64,000 nucleotides of DNA from the human T2T-CHM13v2.0 reference genome, Homo sapiens. The stretch lies in the NCBI GenBank assembly GCA_009914755.4, contig CP068257.2:37440001-37504000 (forward strand). The letters are read 5' to 3'. A program made the translations under genes and the position numbers. The notes under the pieces were generated by a model that saw nothing but the letters and a program-made list of their open reading frames with translations, did no database searches and was not told where the DNA came from. Shown one piece after another: positions 12,978-25,085 of this stretch (position 1 is the first letter of the stretch; each line of letters opens with the position of its first letter).

Positions 12978-15530
12978 ATTCTGAAACTATTCCAAACAAC
13001 AGATAAAGAGGGACTCCTCCCTAACTCATTTTATGAGGTCATCATCATCCTGATACCAAAACCTGGCAGAGACACAACAAAAAAAACATTTTAGGCCAAT
13101 ATCCCTGATGAACATTGATACAAAAATCCTCAATAAAATACTGGCAAACCAAATCCAGCAGCACATCAAAAAGCTTATCCACCAAGATCAAGTCAGCTTC
13201 ATCCCTGGGATGCAAGGCTGGTTCAACATACGCAAATCAGCAAAGGTAATCCATCACATAAACAGAACCAATGACAAAAACCACATGATTATCTCAATAG
13301 ATGCAGAAAAGGTCTTTGATAAAATTCAACACCCTTCATGCTACAAACTCTCAATAAACTAGGTATTGATGGAACGTATCTCAGAATAGTAAGAGCTATT
13401 TATGACAAACCCACAGCCAGTATCATACTGAATGGGCAAAAGCTGAAAGCATTCCCTTTGAAAACCGGCACAAAACAAGGATGCCCTCTCTCACCACTCC
13501 TATTCAACAAAGTATTGGAAGTTCTGTCCAGGGCAATCAGGCAAGAGAAAGAAATAAACGTATTCAAATTGGAAGAGAGGAAGTCAAATTGTCTCTGTTT
13601 GCAGATGACATGATTGTATATTTAGAACACCCCACCGTCTCAGCCCAAAATCTCCTTAAGCTGATAAGCAACTTCAGCAAAGTCTTAGGATACAACAGCA
13701 ATGTACAAAAATCATAAGCATTCCTATACACCAATAATAGACAAACAGAGAGCCAAATCATGAGTGAACTTCCATTCATAATTGCTACAAAAAGGATTAA
13801 ATACCTAGGAATACAACTTACAAGGGACGTGAAGGATCTCTTCAAGGAAAACTACAAACCACTTCTCAAGGAAATAAGAGAGGACACAAACAAATGGAAA
13901 AACATTCCATGCTCATGGATAGGAAGAATCGATATTGTGAAAATGGCCATACTGCCTGAAGTAATTTATAGATTTAATGCTATCCCCATCAAGCTACCAA
14001 TGACTTTCTTCACAGAATTAGAAAAAACTACTTTAAACTTCATATGGAACCAAAAAAGGGTCTGTATAGCCAAGACAATCCTCAGCAAAAAGAACAAAGC
14101 TGGAGGCATCATGCTACCTAACTTCAAACTATACTACAAGGCTACAGTAACCAAAACAGCATGGTACTGGTACCAAAACAGATATATAGACCAATGGAAC
14201 AGAACAGAGGCCTCAGAAATAATGCCACACATCTACAACCATCTGACCTTTGACAAACCTGACAAAAACAAGCAATGGGGAGAGGGTTCCCTATTTAATA
14301 AATGGTGTTGGGAAAACTGGCTAACCATATGCAGAAAACTGAAAGTGGACCCCTTCCTTACACCTTATACAAAAATTAACCCAAGATGGATTAAAGACTT
14401 AAATGTAAGACCTAAAACCATAAAAACCCTAGAAGAAAACCTAGGCAATACCATTCAGGACATAGGCATGGGCAAAGACTTCATGGCTAAAACACCAAAA
14501 GCAATGGCAACAAAAGCCAAAATTGACAAATGGGATCTAATTAAACTAAAGAGCTTCCACACAGCAAAAGAAACTATCAGCAGAGTGAATGGGCAACCTA
14601 CAGAATAGGAGAAAATTTTTGCAATCTACCATATGACAAAGGGCTAATATCCAGAATCTACAAAGAACTTAAACAAATTTACACGAAACAAACAACCCCA
14701 TTGAACAGTGGGCAAAGGATATGAACAGACACTTCTCAAAAGAAGACATTTATGCAGCCAGCAACATGAAAAAAAACTCATCATCACTGGTCATTAGAGA
14801 AATGCAAATCAAAACCACAATGAGATACCATCTCACGCCAGTTAGAATGGCCATCATTAAAAAGTCAGGAAACAACAGACGCTGGAGAGGATGTGGAGAA
14901 ATAGGAATGCTTTTACACTGTTGGTGGGATTGTAAATTAGTTCAACCACTGTGGAAGACAGTGTGGTGATTCCTCAAGGATCTAGAACCAGAAATACCAT
15001 TTGACCCTGCAATCCCATTACTGGGTATATAACCAAAGGATTATAAATCAGTATACTATAAAAGACACATGCACATGTATGTTTATTGCAGCACTGTTCA
15101 CAATAGCAAATACTGGGAACCAACACAAATGCCCATCAATGATAGATTGGATAAAGAAAATGTAGCACATATACACCATGGAATACTAGGCAACCATAAA
15201 AAACAATAAGTTCATGTCCTTTGCAGGGACATGGATGAAGCTGGAAACCATCATTCTCAGCAAACTAACACAGGAACAGAAAACCAAACACTGCATGTTC
15301 TCACTCATAAGTGGGAGTTGAACAATGAGAACACATGGACACAGGGAGGGGAACATCACACACCAGGGCCTGTCTGGAGGTGGGGGACTAGGGGAGGGAT
15401 AGCATTAGGAGAAATACCTAATGTAGATGATGGGTTGATGGGTGCGGCAAACCACCATGGCACGTGTATACCTATATAACAAACCTGCACATTCTGCACA
15501 GGTATCCCAGAACTTAAAGTATAATTTAAA
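12978..15530 (+). mobile_element. LINE-1 (L1PA-like), 5'-truncated: the 3' two-thirds of ORF2 plus the 3' UTR. The reading frame is broken.
   Basis: Translations match L1 ORF2: '...[51 protein letters not shown]...', '[46 protein letters not shown]', '[10 protein letters not shown]', and the C-terminal region '[28 protein letters not shown]...KWCWENWL...'. These fall in at least four different frames, so it is a pseudogene. The 3' UTR ends '...gtataatttaaaa' and runs directly into (CA)8. Confidence 0.95.
13760..14608 (+). pseudogene. Fragment of the L1 ORF2 C-terminal region. It is the longest intact frame of the degenerate L1, not a cellular gene.
   Basis: The 282-aa ORF '[66 protein letters not shown]...[16 protein letters not shown]' aligns with the human L1 ORF2p C-terminal third. 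Confidence 0.9.
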
Positions 15531-15547
15531 ACACACACACACACACA
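15531..15547. repeat. (CA)n microsatellite abutting the L1 3' end
   Basis: 'acacacacacacacaca' seen directly. Confidence 0.9.
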
Positions 15548-15675
15548 AGATTTCAAAGATAGAATGAGACAAAGAAGATAAAATTGTTCACTAATCATTT
15601 TTATATCAAATATATGATGAGATGATACGAATATATTGGTTTAAATTAGCTATGGTATCAAAATTAACTTCACTG

Positions 15676-15985
15676 TTTTTTTTTTTACTTTAAATACTGG
15701 GATACATGTGCAGAATGTGCAGGTTTGTTACACAGGTATACACGTGCCATGGTGGTTTGCTGCATCTATCAGCCTATCATCTAGGTTTTAAGCCCCGCAT
15801 GCATTAGGTATTTGTCCTAATGCTCTCCCACCCCTTGCCGCCCATCCCCCGACAGGTGTATGATGTTCCCTTTCCTGTGTCCATGTGTTCTCGTTGTTCA
15901 ACTCCACTTAAGAGTGAGAAAATTCAGTGTTTGGTTTTCTGTTCCTGTGTTAGTCAAAGGACATGAATGAAGCTGGAAGTTCACT
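15676..15985 (-). mobile_element. LINE-1 3'-end fragment (older L1P subfamily), oriented tail-to-tail with the L1 at 12978-15530
   Basis: A poly-T run (15676-15686) is followed by the reverse complement of the L1 3' UTR: 'actttaaatactgggatacatgtgcagaatgtgcaggtttgttacacaggtatacacgtgccatggtggtttgctgca...cctaatgct...gttctcgttgttcaactccacttaagagtgagaa...'. It differs from the + copy by subfamily-diagnostic positions. Confidence 0.85.
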
Positions 15986-17036
15986 ATTTCTTTTTTATTT
16001 TTTAACATGTGACTACAAGAAAACTTTCCATTATAAAAACACCCCATGTTTCTATTGGTCAGCACTGATCTGCAAGACTCTACAAGCTTTAAAGCTAAAA
16101 TTCTTGAAAGTGCTCTTAGAAATGGTTTTATATGCTTGCCTTCTCCTTGGAAATATACACAATTTATCAACCTGCCAAAAAGGTCTTATCCATCCACCTC
16201 TTCTCACTAGGAAGTAGCAAGAGAAAGGGCTGATCAAAGCCAGATAACCTGTCCCACATAATGGCCAAGGCTTCCTTTGAATAATATCATGGTGGCTTTT
16301 GATTTTACATAGCCAATTCCAGATAAGAGAGGCCTGTCCTTGTTAAAATGACTGTTAAGTCCATTCAACATAATATTATCTAAAGACCGACTATCACTCC
16401 AATTTCTGATAAAAGCAACAAATGTGGTTAGAGTCCCAGGCTGATCTTTTGCTTGGTTAACACAATCCAGTCCATTTTTTCCTAATGATCACTTCTTTTC
16501 TTTCAGCTGAAATGTCTTTCTCATTAGCAGACATTTTTGAAGTAGAGGGGTTGTTTGTTTAAGGCTTCAAGACCAAGGCAAACATTTGTTATAAGGCTCC
16601 AAAGGAATTTGCAAATAATTTCCATCCATGATTTCCAAAGCCACAGGCTGCTTGTATAACATTTGTGCAAAATGCGTGGGCTGCTCCCATGAAGCAAGCA
16701 TTGCCAGAAATGTTTACTCTGCAGGAGTAAAGCTGTGTGTTTGTCACTCTGTTTGAAAACTTCCACATGGCAGCTCAATGGGTAGAGTGTGGAATAGACA
16801 CTCCATGGATGGCCACGGAACTCTCCATGCCTGTGTCCTCTGATGAGCTGCCCTTGCAGGATTTGACACCTCTTGATTCACTGTGGCTGTCACCTCTTTG
16901 AATTGTCTTCAGTTAAGACTGATCACACAAAGGCCAAGTACAGAAGGGTTCTCCAGCTCTCTAAATGCAGGCCATCCCATGAAGTTTAAGAATAGAAAAG
17001 CCCTGGACAGTCGTGGGACAATGTTATAGCATAAAT

Positions 17037-17450
17037 TGTGTCCCCAAAAAAGATGTATTGAATTCCTAACCCCTGATATCTCAGAATGTGACCTAATTTT
17101 GGAAGTAGGGTCTTTACAGAGGTAATCAAGTTAAAATGAGGGTATTAGAGTGGGCTCTAACCTAGTATGACTGATGTCCTTATAAAAGGGGGGAATGACA
17201 CAGACACAAAGGAAGAACTACATGAGGAGACACCGAGAACCATGAGAAGATTGGACTTAGGCTGTCACAGCCAAGGAATGACTGGGGCTACCAGAAGCTG
17301 GGAGAGAGGCCTGGAACAGATCTCTCCCTACGGCTCTGCAGAGCTTGGATTTGGTCTTCTCTCCTCCAGAACAGCAAGAGAATAAATCTCTCATGTTTTC
17401 AGCCACCCAGTTGGTGGCATTTTATTACAGTAGCCCCAGGACTAATACAG
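17037..17450 (+). mobile_element. MaLR LTR fragment (MLT1-like solitary LTR)
   Basis: 'tgtccccaaaaaagatgtattgaattcctaacccctgatatctcagaatgtgacctaattttggaagtagggtctttacagaggtaatcaagttaaaatgagggtattagagtgggctctaacc...gtccttataaaagggg...ccagaacagcaagagaataaatctctcatgttttcagccacccagttggtggcattttattacagtagccccaggactaatacag' follows the MLT1 consensus architecture. The assignment is from memory of the consensus. Confidence 0.55.
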
Positions 17451-17595
17451 ACTTGAATTCTAACAGTTCCCATGACTTTTGGGGTTTTTTTTTTGCCATC
17501 ATTCTCACATGCCATCCCACCTTGGTCCCTTAGTATGCGTCAGTGATCTGGGGGTGACCACGTATAGTGGCAGCATCTTAAAAATGCATTCTATA

Positions 17596-17821
17596 GGTTG
17601 CCAGATTTAACAAATACAAATAGAGGATGCCTAGTTCAAGTTGAATTTCAGATAAACAACAGATAATTTTTAGTATAAGTATTTAGTATACTATTTGTAA
17701 GTGTTTAGTATAAGTATTTACTATAAGTAATGTCCTTCAGACATACTTATACTAAAAAGTTTTCTGTTGTTTATCTGAAATTCATGTTGAAACTGGATGT
17801 CCCGTATTTTATCTGGCAACC
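17596..17821. mobile_element. Palindromic MITE-like non-autonomous DNA transposon (~226 bp) with ~85-bp terminal inverted repeats flanked by TA/TA, suggesting the Tc1/mariner superfamily
   Basis: The left arm 'ggttgccagatttaacaaatacaaatagaggatgcctagttcaagttgaatttcagataaacaacagataatttttagtataagtat' and the reverse complement of the right arm 'atacttatactaaaaagttttctgttgtttatctgaaattcatgttgaaactggatgtcccgtattttatctggcaacc' are ~75-80% identical. The termini 'ggttgccagat' and 'atctggcaacc' are perfect inverted repeats. The flanking dinucleotides are 'ta' at 17594-17595 and 17822-17823. Confidence 0.6.
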
Positions 17822-19214
17822 TAAATAATAAGCATCTTTGAAATACTCTAAACTCCCTGGAAAAGACATGTGTTTGGTGCCACGAGGCGGGCTGGGAGAA
17901 TTTCCATGAGGCTGGGCCAAAACACAGGGTTCATTGCTTGGCATCAGCTCACTTCTGCTTCCACAATGAGAAGCAGAAACTTAATTCCTCCAAGGAACAA
18001 TTAATTGGAGTAGAAAGCTTGATTCTTGCATTTCCCACGTAGGTCACAAATTTCTGTTGTTGCAATGTACCTAATACCTATGTTGTGGTTCAAAATGTAG
18101 CATCATCTTAATGCATGCCCATAACTGAATTGTTCCGCCTAAAATAAGTGTAATCACCCTAACCCTAAACTATTCATAACAGACAGGTGAGCTTCAGGGG
18201 TGCATGACCCACACAGCCACACAGGGCCTTGCGCTCAGGACCCCACACTTGATTCAAAACTCTGCAGTCACTGTATTAAAATTCTCAGTAATTTTTGAGC
18301 AAGGGGTTCTGCATTTTTATTTTGCACTGGGCCTCACAAACGATGTCACCGGTCCGAGGACAGGTGTACCTAATAACACGTCAGCTGCTGCACAAAATGC
18401 TTCCATCACTGAAAAGTGACAGATGCCTCAGCCTATTCTTTGCTGAACTCGCTTCTAAGCAACTAGAGCCCTTTGGCCTGGCACCTCTCCTCTGCCACGT
18501 GCTGCTGTCTCCAGCATTGCTTTAATTTAATTAGTGTCTGGCTGGTTGAAAAGACTGTTTTTGATTCTGTGTGTGCTGTATGAGCTGTTGTCTGGATTCT
18601 CTTCCAACTTGGCCTTGGGAACACCCAGTGTCGAATCTGCTGTCTTTGGCTCTGTAAGACTGTGGTTTTTAAAGGACAATTGTTGCTCATAGCAACTTGA
18701 AGGCTGGATGGAGACTTGCCTGAAGCCCCATGAACCAGCAGATTTGGGGCTATTTAATTTCCCACCAGTAGCTGATTCCAAAGGTGTGCTTGTGTGGAAC
18801 CAAATCTCTCTGCCATCAGCCACATTTATTTTCTAATCTTCATTTTTTTTCCCTCCCTTCTCATGTACAGGGTTCAGCTTTCTTTCTCCTCCTCTAAGGT
18901 TTTCCTTCCGAATTCCCCTTATCCCTTTCCTTGTCCTCTCCCTGTTTGTAACCCATCCACTATTCCACATGCCCCTAGCTGACCCATTTTTTGCTCAGGT
19001 CTTTCTCCAGGGGAGAAGAACCAAAAGATGAGATTCAAATTGATTTTGCTGCTCATTAATGTCCCTTTCAAAGTTCTTGACGAGGGTGATGAAGCCAATG
19101 CCTAGGGGAAGAAATTTCAAACATTGGCTTTCCAGTTCCATTCCAGTTCCCCACCAATGTCTTCAGTGATGCCACCATGCAAAGAGCATCAGGAAAGGAG
19201 CACTGAATTCTGGC

Positions 19215-19320
19215 TCAAAGTCACTTCTCTGTGACTTTGGCTAAGACACTGAAACTCTCAAGATCTTGATTTCCTCATCTACAAAATAAGAGTGCTCAAT
19301 TACATAATAATCTCATAGAA
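19215..19320 (+). mobile_element. MIR SINE fragment
   Basis: 'tctgtgactttggctaagacactgaaactctcaagatcttgatttcctcatctacaaaataagagtgctcaattacataataatctcatag' matches MIR 'tgtgtgaccttgggcaagttacttaacctctctgtgcctcagtttcctcatctgtaaaatggggataataatagtacctacctcatag'. Confidence 0.5.
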
Positions 19321-19429
19321 ACCTATAATTTGCACACCAAAGTTATAACCATTAATTATCCCACAAAGCACAGCAGGAATTTTCTAAATCTGAGGCTTGT
19401 GAACCACTGTATTAGTCAGCAATTGCTGT

Positions 19430-19690
19430 GATAATGCTACATAACAATCCCAACTCTTGTGGCTTAGAACAACAAACATGTATTTCTTGTCTGATGGGCC
19501 AGAGATCTGATTTGGTCCAAACCCATCCAAGGATGTCTCTATAGCCCCAGCATGCTCCAAAACACACATGACCCTTGAAGACAGGGAGCCCTGACCTTGT
19601 TCTTGGTCCTCTCATTGGTGAGTCCAGTTGGATCTGTTTGTCTCCTATCAGGGAATCTACCCCGATATTCATGTAGGTTCTTTTCTATTT
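19430..19690. repeat. Ancient interspersed repeat copy, same family as 2045-2330 and 49510-49860
   Basis: 'gtggcttagaacaacaaacatgtatttcttgtctgatgggccagagatctg...' parallels 'gtggcttacaacaacacaaatggattatcttgcagttctggaggccagatatctg' at 2090. Confidence 0.3.
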
Positions 19691-20475
19691 TCCCTAAGCA
19701 TTGGCCAGCTTGAGAAATAAAGGGACAGAGTACAAAAGAGAGAAATTTTAAAGCTGGGCACCCGGGGGAGACATCACACGTTGGTAGGATCTGTGATGCC
19801 CCACAAGCCACAAAAACCAGCAAGTTTTTATTAGAGATTTTCAAAAGGGGAGGGAGTGTGTGAATAGGTGTGGGTCACAGACATCAAGTACTTTACAAGG
19901 TAATAGAATATCACAAGGCAAGTGGAGGCAGGGCAAGATCACAGGACCACAGGACCGAGGTGAAATCAAATTGCTAATGAAGTTTCAGGCACCATTGTCA
20001 TTGATAACATCTCATCAGGAGACAGGGTTTTGAGATCAACTGGTCTGACCAAAATTTATTAGGCAGGAATTTCCTCTTCCTAATAAGCCTGGGAGCGCTA
20101 TGGGAGACTGGAGTCTATTTCATCTCTGCAGCCTTGACCATAAGAGATGGCTATGCCCAGGGGGGCCAGTTTAGAGACCTACCTGCAGGCGCACATTCTC
20201 TTTCTCAGGGATGTTCCATGCTGAGAAAAAGAATTCAGCGGTATTTCTCCCATTTGCTTTTGAAAGAAGAGAAATATGGCTCTGTTCTGCTCAGCTCACC
20301 GGCAGTCAGAGTTTAAGGTTATCTCTCTTGTTTCCTAAACATTGCTGTTACCTTGTTCTTTTTGAAGGTGCCCAGATTTCATATTGTTTAAACACACATG
20401 CTCTACAATTTGTGCAGTTAATGCAATTATCACATGGTCCTGAGGTGACATACATCCTCCTCGGCTGACAGGATT

Positions 20476-20648
20476 AAGAGACTAAAGTAAAGACAGGCAC
20501 AGGAAATCACAAGGGTATTGATTGGGGAAGTGATAAATGTCCATGAAATCTTCACAACTTATGTTTAGAGACTGCAGTAAAGACAGGCATAAGAAATATA
20601 AAAGTATTAATTTGGGGAACTAATAAATGTCCATGAAATCTTCACAAT
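20476..20648. repeat. Tandem duplication, 2 x ~85 bp, inside a CpG-retaining, LTR-like unclassified repeat (~19690-20830)
   Basis: 'agagactaaagtaaagacaggcacaggaaatcacaagggtattgattggggaagtgataaatgtccatgaaatcttcacaa' and 'agagactgcagtaaagacaggcataagaaatataaaagtattaatttggggaactaataaatgtccatgaaatcttcacaa' are ~85% identical. Confidence 0.85.
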
Positions 20649-21854
20649 CCACGTTCTTCTGCCATGGCTTCAGCCGGTCCCTCCGTTTGGGGTCCCTGAC
20701 TTCCCGCAACAGTCTCCTTGGGATTTTGATTTGTCTTTGATCAAGAAGGGTTAGGCTTGTGCAAACGGCAGTATGCCTACAATCTCAATTGTCGACGTTT
20801 GCCAGACAACGGCTTTGCTCAGGGCCTGGGGCATTGGCCACAAATCTGTTCAATTAATACCAATTGACCAAATAACCAAGATGTTATATTGGCCAAACTA
20901 ACAGACTGCAGTGTTTTACAGGATTGCTTAAGAACTTTAACAGAAATGTTTTAACATTAACAAGAATTTGGTTTCGATTAATAGATATATAGAAACACAT
21001 ATTTTATCATCAGTAACTAAAATTGTAGTATTTAGCATTGAAGTTGTTTATATTATGCTAACATCTAAGAGACAAAAAAATAAGCTAATTGATTGGCCTG
21101 GTGAATAGATTTTAACCCAAGACACCATGTACAGTTGCAAAGGCTGTGCACTATACCACCTCAAGAACTCTATGTGCATAGCCATGATGTGAGTGTGCCT
21201 CCAAAACTGCATAGCACAGCAACCATGGCTTCAACAAATTCACTCCTCCTCAACCTAAGACCCCTGTCTTCATATTAATTGCCCATTTCTCTGTGACCAT
21301 GGACTTTTTCTCTGGTTCCCCAGAGAAAAAGAGAGATGACTTTTTCTCATTCCCCAAAGCCATCACCATCCTGTCCTTTTCAGAACCCCATAACAAGACC
21401 CTCTTTGTTAATGCATTTCCATTCTGTTCTCTGACTCCCCTGCCTGCTTACACCCAACCCCACTCTGCCAAGAAATGTATGCACATCCTAATGCAGACAT
21501 GTTGTGCAAACAAGTCTTTTACCTAAGAACTACTGCAGGTGCAGGAATCCAGCACCATGAAGGTTGGAATGGGGAAGTTTACCAGCAGCAGATGGGGCAT
21601 ACCTGATAGAGAAATTCCAAAGAGGGATAATAAGACTCTGCCTGCCTCCTTCATGGAAATATACTCTGAGGTGGAAATGTACACAGTGTTCCCATAAGGG
21701 GCTTAGAACCATCATAAATGCATTATGCACAGATACAGCATAAATGTGGGGATGGGGGGGTCACAAGTGGCTGGTGCATCAAGGACTCCCAGGCTGTAGG
21801 TGACACTCTGGGATGTCATCATACCACTTAGCACCCCCATTATTCTTTTTAATT

Positions 21855-22400
21855 AAAATGAAATTCACATAATATAAAATTAATCATTTTAAAAGGAACA
21901 ATTCAGTGGCATTCAGTATATTCACAATGTTGTGCAACCACCACCTCCATCTAGTTCCAGAACATTCCAGCACCCCAAAAGAAAGTCTCATACCCATTAA
22001 GCAGCGATTCCCCATTCTCCCTCCCCCATCTCCCACCCTGACCCTTGACAACCACTAATCTGCTTTTTGTCTCTTTGAATGCCCCTATTCTGGGCATTTT
22101 ATATAAATGGAATCGTACAACATGTGACCTTTTGTATCTGCCTTCTTCGACTTAGCATAATATTTTCGAGATTCATCCAGGTTGTAACGCGTGTCAGTCC
22201 TCCATTCTTTTTTATGGCTGAATAATGGTCCAATATATGAAAAGACTACATTTTGTTTAACCATGCCTCCAATAACGGACATCTGAGTTGCTTCCACTTT
22301 TTAGCTATCATGAATAATGCTGCTACAAACATTTGTGTGGAACTATTTCTTGAGTGCTGTTTTCAGCTCTCTTGGATGTATACCCAGGAATGGAATTGCA
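21855..22400 (+). mobile_element. Ancient LINE-1 (L1M/L1PB-type) 3'-end fragment
   Basis: Matches the old L1 3'-end consensus: 'aaattcacataatataaaattaa.cattttaa..g.acaattcagtggcatt.agtatattcacaatgttgtgcaaccaccacctccatctagttccagaac...atggaatcgtacaacatgtgacctttt...cttagcataatattttcgagattcatccaggttgtaacgcgtgtcagt...ctgaataatggtccaatatatg...gctatcatgaataatgctgctacaaacatt...tacccaggaatggaattgc'. Confidence 0.65.
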
Positions 22401-23558
22401 TCTTCATCATGATATCCTCTCATTTTTCCAGCCTTTATTCTGAATCTTTTTAGAGGTCAAGGAAAGCAAACTTTTCCTGTAAATAAGCAGATAGTAAATA
22501 TTTTAGGCTTTGCAAGCCAGGTGGTCTCTGATGCAACTACTCAACTCTACCTTTGTAGCATGAAGCAACCACAGACAATCCATAAAAAGTTTATTGTTCT
22601 TCAATAAAATTTATTCACAAAAACAGACAAAGGGCCAGATTTGGCCCTCAGGCCGTGGTTTGCCAACCCCAGCTCTAGGACAAGCCCAAGTGGATGCAGC
22701 CTCTTCCAAGTGCCCCATTTCACAGGAGAGGCACCTCCTCCAACCTAGCTTTCTATTGCCAGTGAGGATGAGCAAGGGAGACGGACTTAGCCTGTGGCAG
22801 AAGAGTTGAGGAACTGCCTTTAAAACTGATTATGAAATATGTGAAATCTTGGGATGTGCTTCTGCTATGAAGAGCAGCATTGTGCTCTCTGTTGATGTTT
22901 AAGAGTTAGGCTACCATCTTTCAGGTGGTTTTTGAGAATAAAAGTTTGATGAGTACCTTGACCAATCTCTTGGTGTCCTTTCAAACATTCACCCTTTCTG
23001 AGATTTATCAGGGGAGAAAGGGTCGCTCATGCTCAAAAGCTCATTCACCCAACAAGCATTTACTGAGCCTTTACTGTGTGCAGGCACTATACTAAATCCT
23101 TGGTATTTAAAATGATGCATTCCTGGAGGTTTTCTTTGGCAAGTTGGCTTGGATACCTCTAGTAATGGGGAGCTCACTACCTACACAGGGCATCCTACCC
23201 CATGGCTGCGCAGTTCTTTGCTCCTCAGAAGTACCTAAACCTCACCAGTATGCTTACACACCTCCCTCCCACCAGTCAAATATCAACAGGCACCCCCACC
23301 ATAAACAGGTACACAGAGAACAGGTGAGGAAATGAGGAAATAGCAAGCAAACAAACAAACAAAGAAACACTGACGGCAACTTTTCTTACTCCTGGTATTT
23401 CTAAAAAGCAGAACAAAATCAATTTCACACCCAAGACATCTTGAAATGTTCCCAAACTTGGGCAAAGTTGACAGCTGAATTCTAAGGAGCTGCTTCCCAT
23501 TAAGAAGAGGATATTAGGAAAGAAAATTATCAGAACTCTTTGTTTAAACCATGGTCTC

Positions 23559-23868
23559 AGCCAGGCACAGTGACTCAGGCCTATAATCCCAGAACTTTGT
23601 GGGGCCAAAACGGGCAGATTGCTTGAGCCCAGGAGTTAAAGACCAGCCTGGGCAATGTACCGAGATCCCATCTCTACAAAAACTTAAAAACTTAGCTGGA
23701 CATGATGGGGTGAACCTGTGGTACCAGCAGCTACTCAGGAGGCTAAGGAGGGAGGATCGCTTGAGCCCAGGAGGTCAAGCCTGCAGTGAGCCATGACTGC
23801 ACCACTGCACTCCAGCCTGGGCAACAGAACACAGTGAGACCCTCTCTCAAAAAACAAAAACAAACAAA
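23559..23868 (+). mobile_element. Alu SINE (diverged AluJ/S)
   Basis: 'agccaggcacagtgactcaggcctataatcccagaactttgtggggccaaaacgggcagattgcttgagcccaggag...cactgcactccagcctgggcaacagaacacagtgagaccctctctcaaaaaacaaaaacaaacaaa'. Confidence 0.88.
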
Positions 23869-24627
23869 TAACCTTGTCTCCAGAAGAGGCAAATGAGAGG
23901 CAGGACAGCACAGAGACGGAAAACTCAGGTCTTGGGGCCTGGCAGGTCTGGGTTTGAAGGCCGCTCTTTCCCCCTTTAGCTGAGGGACCTGGTGCATGTC
24001 ATTTCTTAGAGGAGGCTGAGTTTCCTCAACTGTAAAACCCGGTTAGAATAGTACCAGTTTCATAGGATGGCTGTGGGATGGAATGAGACACGCCATCTGT
24101 AGTGGTCACACAGAGCCACGAGCTATTAGTAAGTCAGTTGGCCTTCCCACCTGGCCACTCTCTTGCGGCTAAACAGAAGAAGGTGCAGAAACACCACAGA
24201 GATGGCTCATAAGTGCCACGTGGGGCTATGGATTCAATTAAAAGAAAAAATAAAGTCTGGAGGAAATGGAGGCAGGCAGAGGTCAGGGACAGGAGAAAAG
24301 GCGAAAAAGCACAAGTGGGGCACCCAAATGCGGAAGCCACTAGAAGCGGCGCCCCAACCCCACCCCTGCAAGAGCCTCCAAGAAACACTTGGCTGCGTCA
24401 CAGGCTTCACCCCTTCCCGCCCACACGCCTGCAAGATCCTGTTCTCAAGCTGCAGTCTTTGCAGAGTCGCAACCCACGAACAAGTTACGAAATCCATTCC
24501 AATGGCCGCAGCCGGCAATGGACAAACATGAAACTAGAACAGGTCAGAGTGCATAGCACATCTGGGGGAAATACTGTATTGTTGAACCTTTTCAGTAATA
24601 CGCACATGTGTATACCTGCTTATGTCA

Positions 24628-24870
<243 letters not shown>

Positions 24871-24892
24871 TCAGATAAACCTTTCCTATTAT

Positions 24893-25085
24893 ATATATGT
24901 ATACGCAATGTATATATCATACATTCACACATATACACATATGTACGTATGTATATATATATACATTCACACATATATACATATCTACATATGTATATAC
25001 ACACATCCACACATATATACATATGTACGTATGTATATACATATTTTGTTAAATTGTTTTTGGTTTTACACATATGTATATGCAC
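24893..25085. repeat. Complex (TATG/CATA/TATA)n low-complexity simple repeat
   Basis: 'atatatatgtatacgcaatgtatatatcatacattcacacatatacacatatgtacgtatgtatatatatatacattcacacatatatacatatctacatatgtatatacacacatccacacatatatacatatgtacgtatgtatatacatat'. This is the source of the 'YIYIHTYI' ORFs. Confidence 0.9.

Noticed and set aside
13108-14969. Multiple mid-sized ORFs (84-282 aa) that might be read as separate genes
   Set aside because: All are frame-shifted pieces of one degenerate L1 ORF2. They are annotated as a single L1 pseudogene.
18156-18171. Telomere-like 'ccctaaccctaa' at ~18.16 kb
   Set aside because: There are only two hexamers. This is far too short for an interstitial telomeric repeat.
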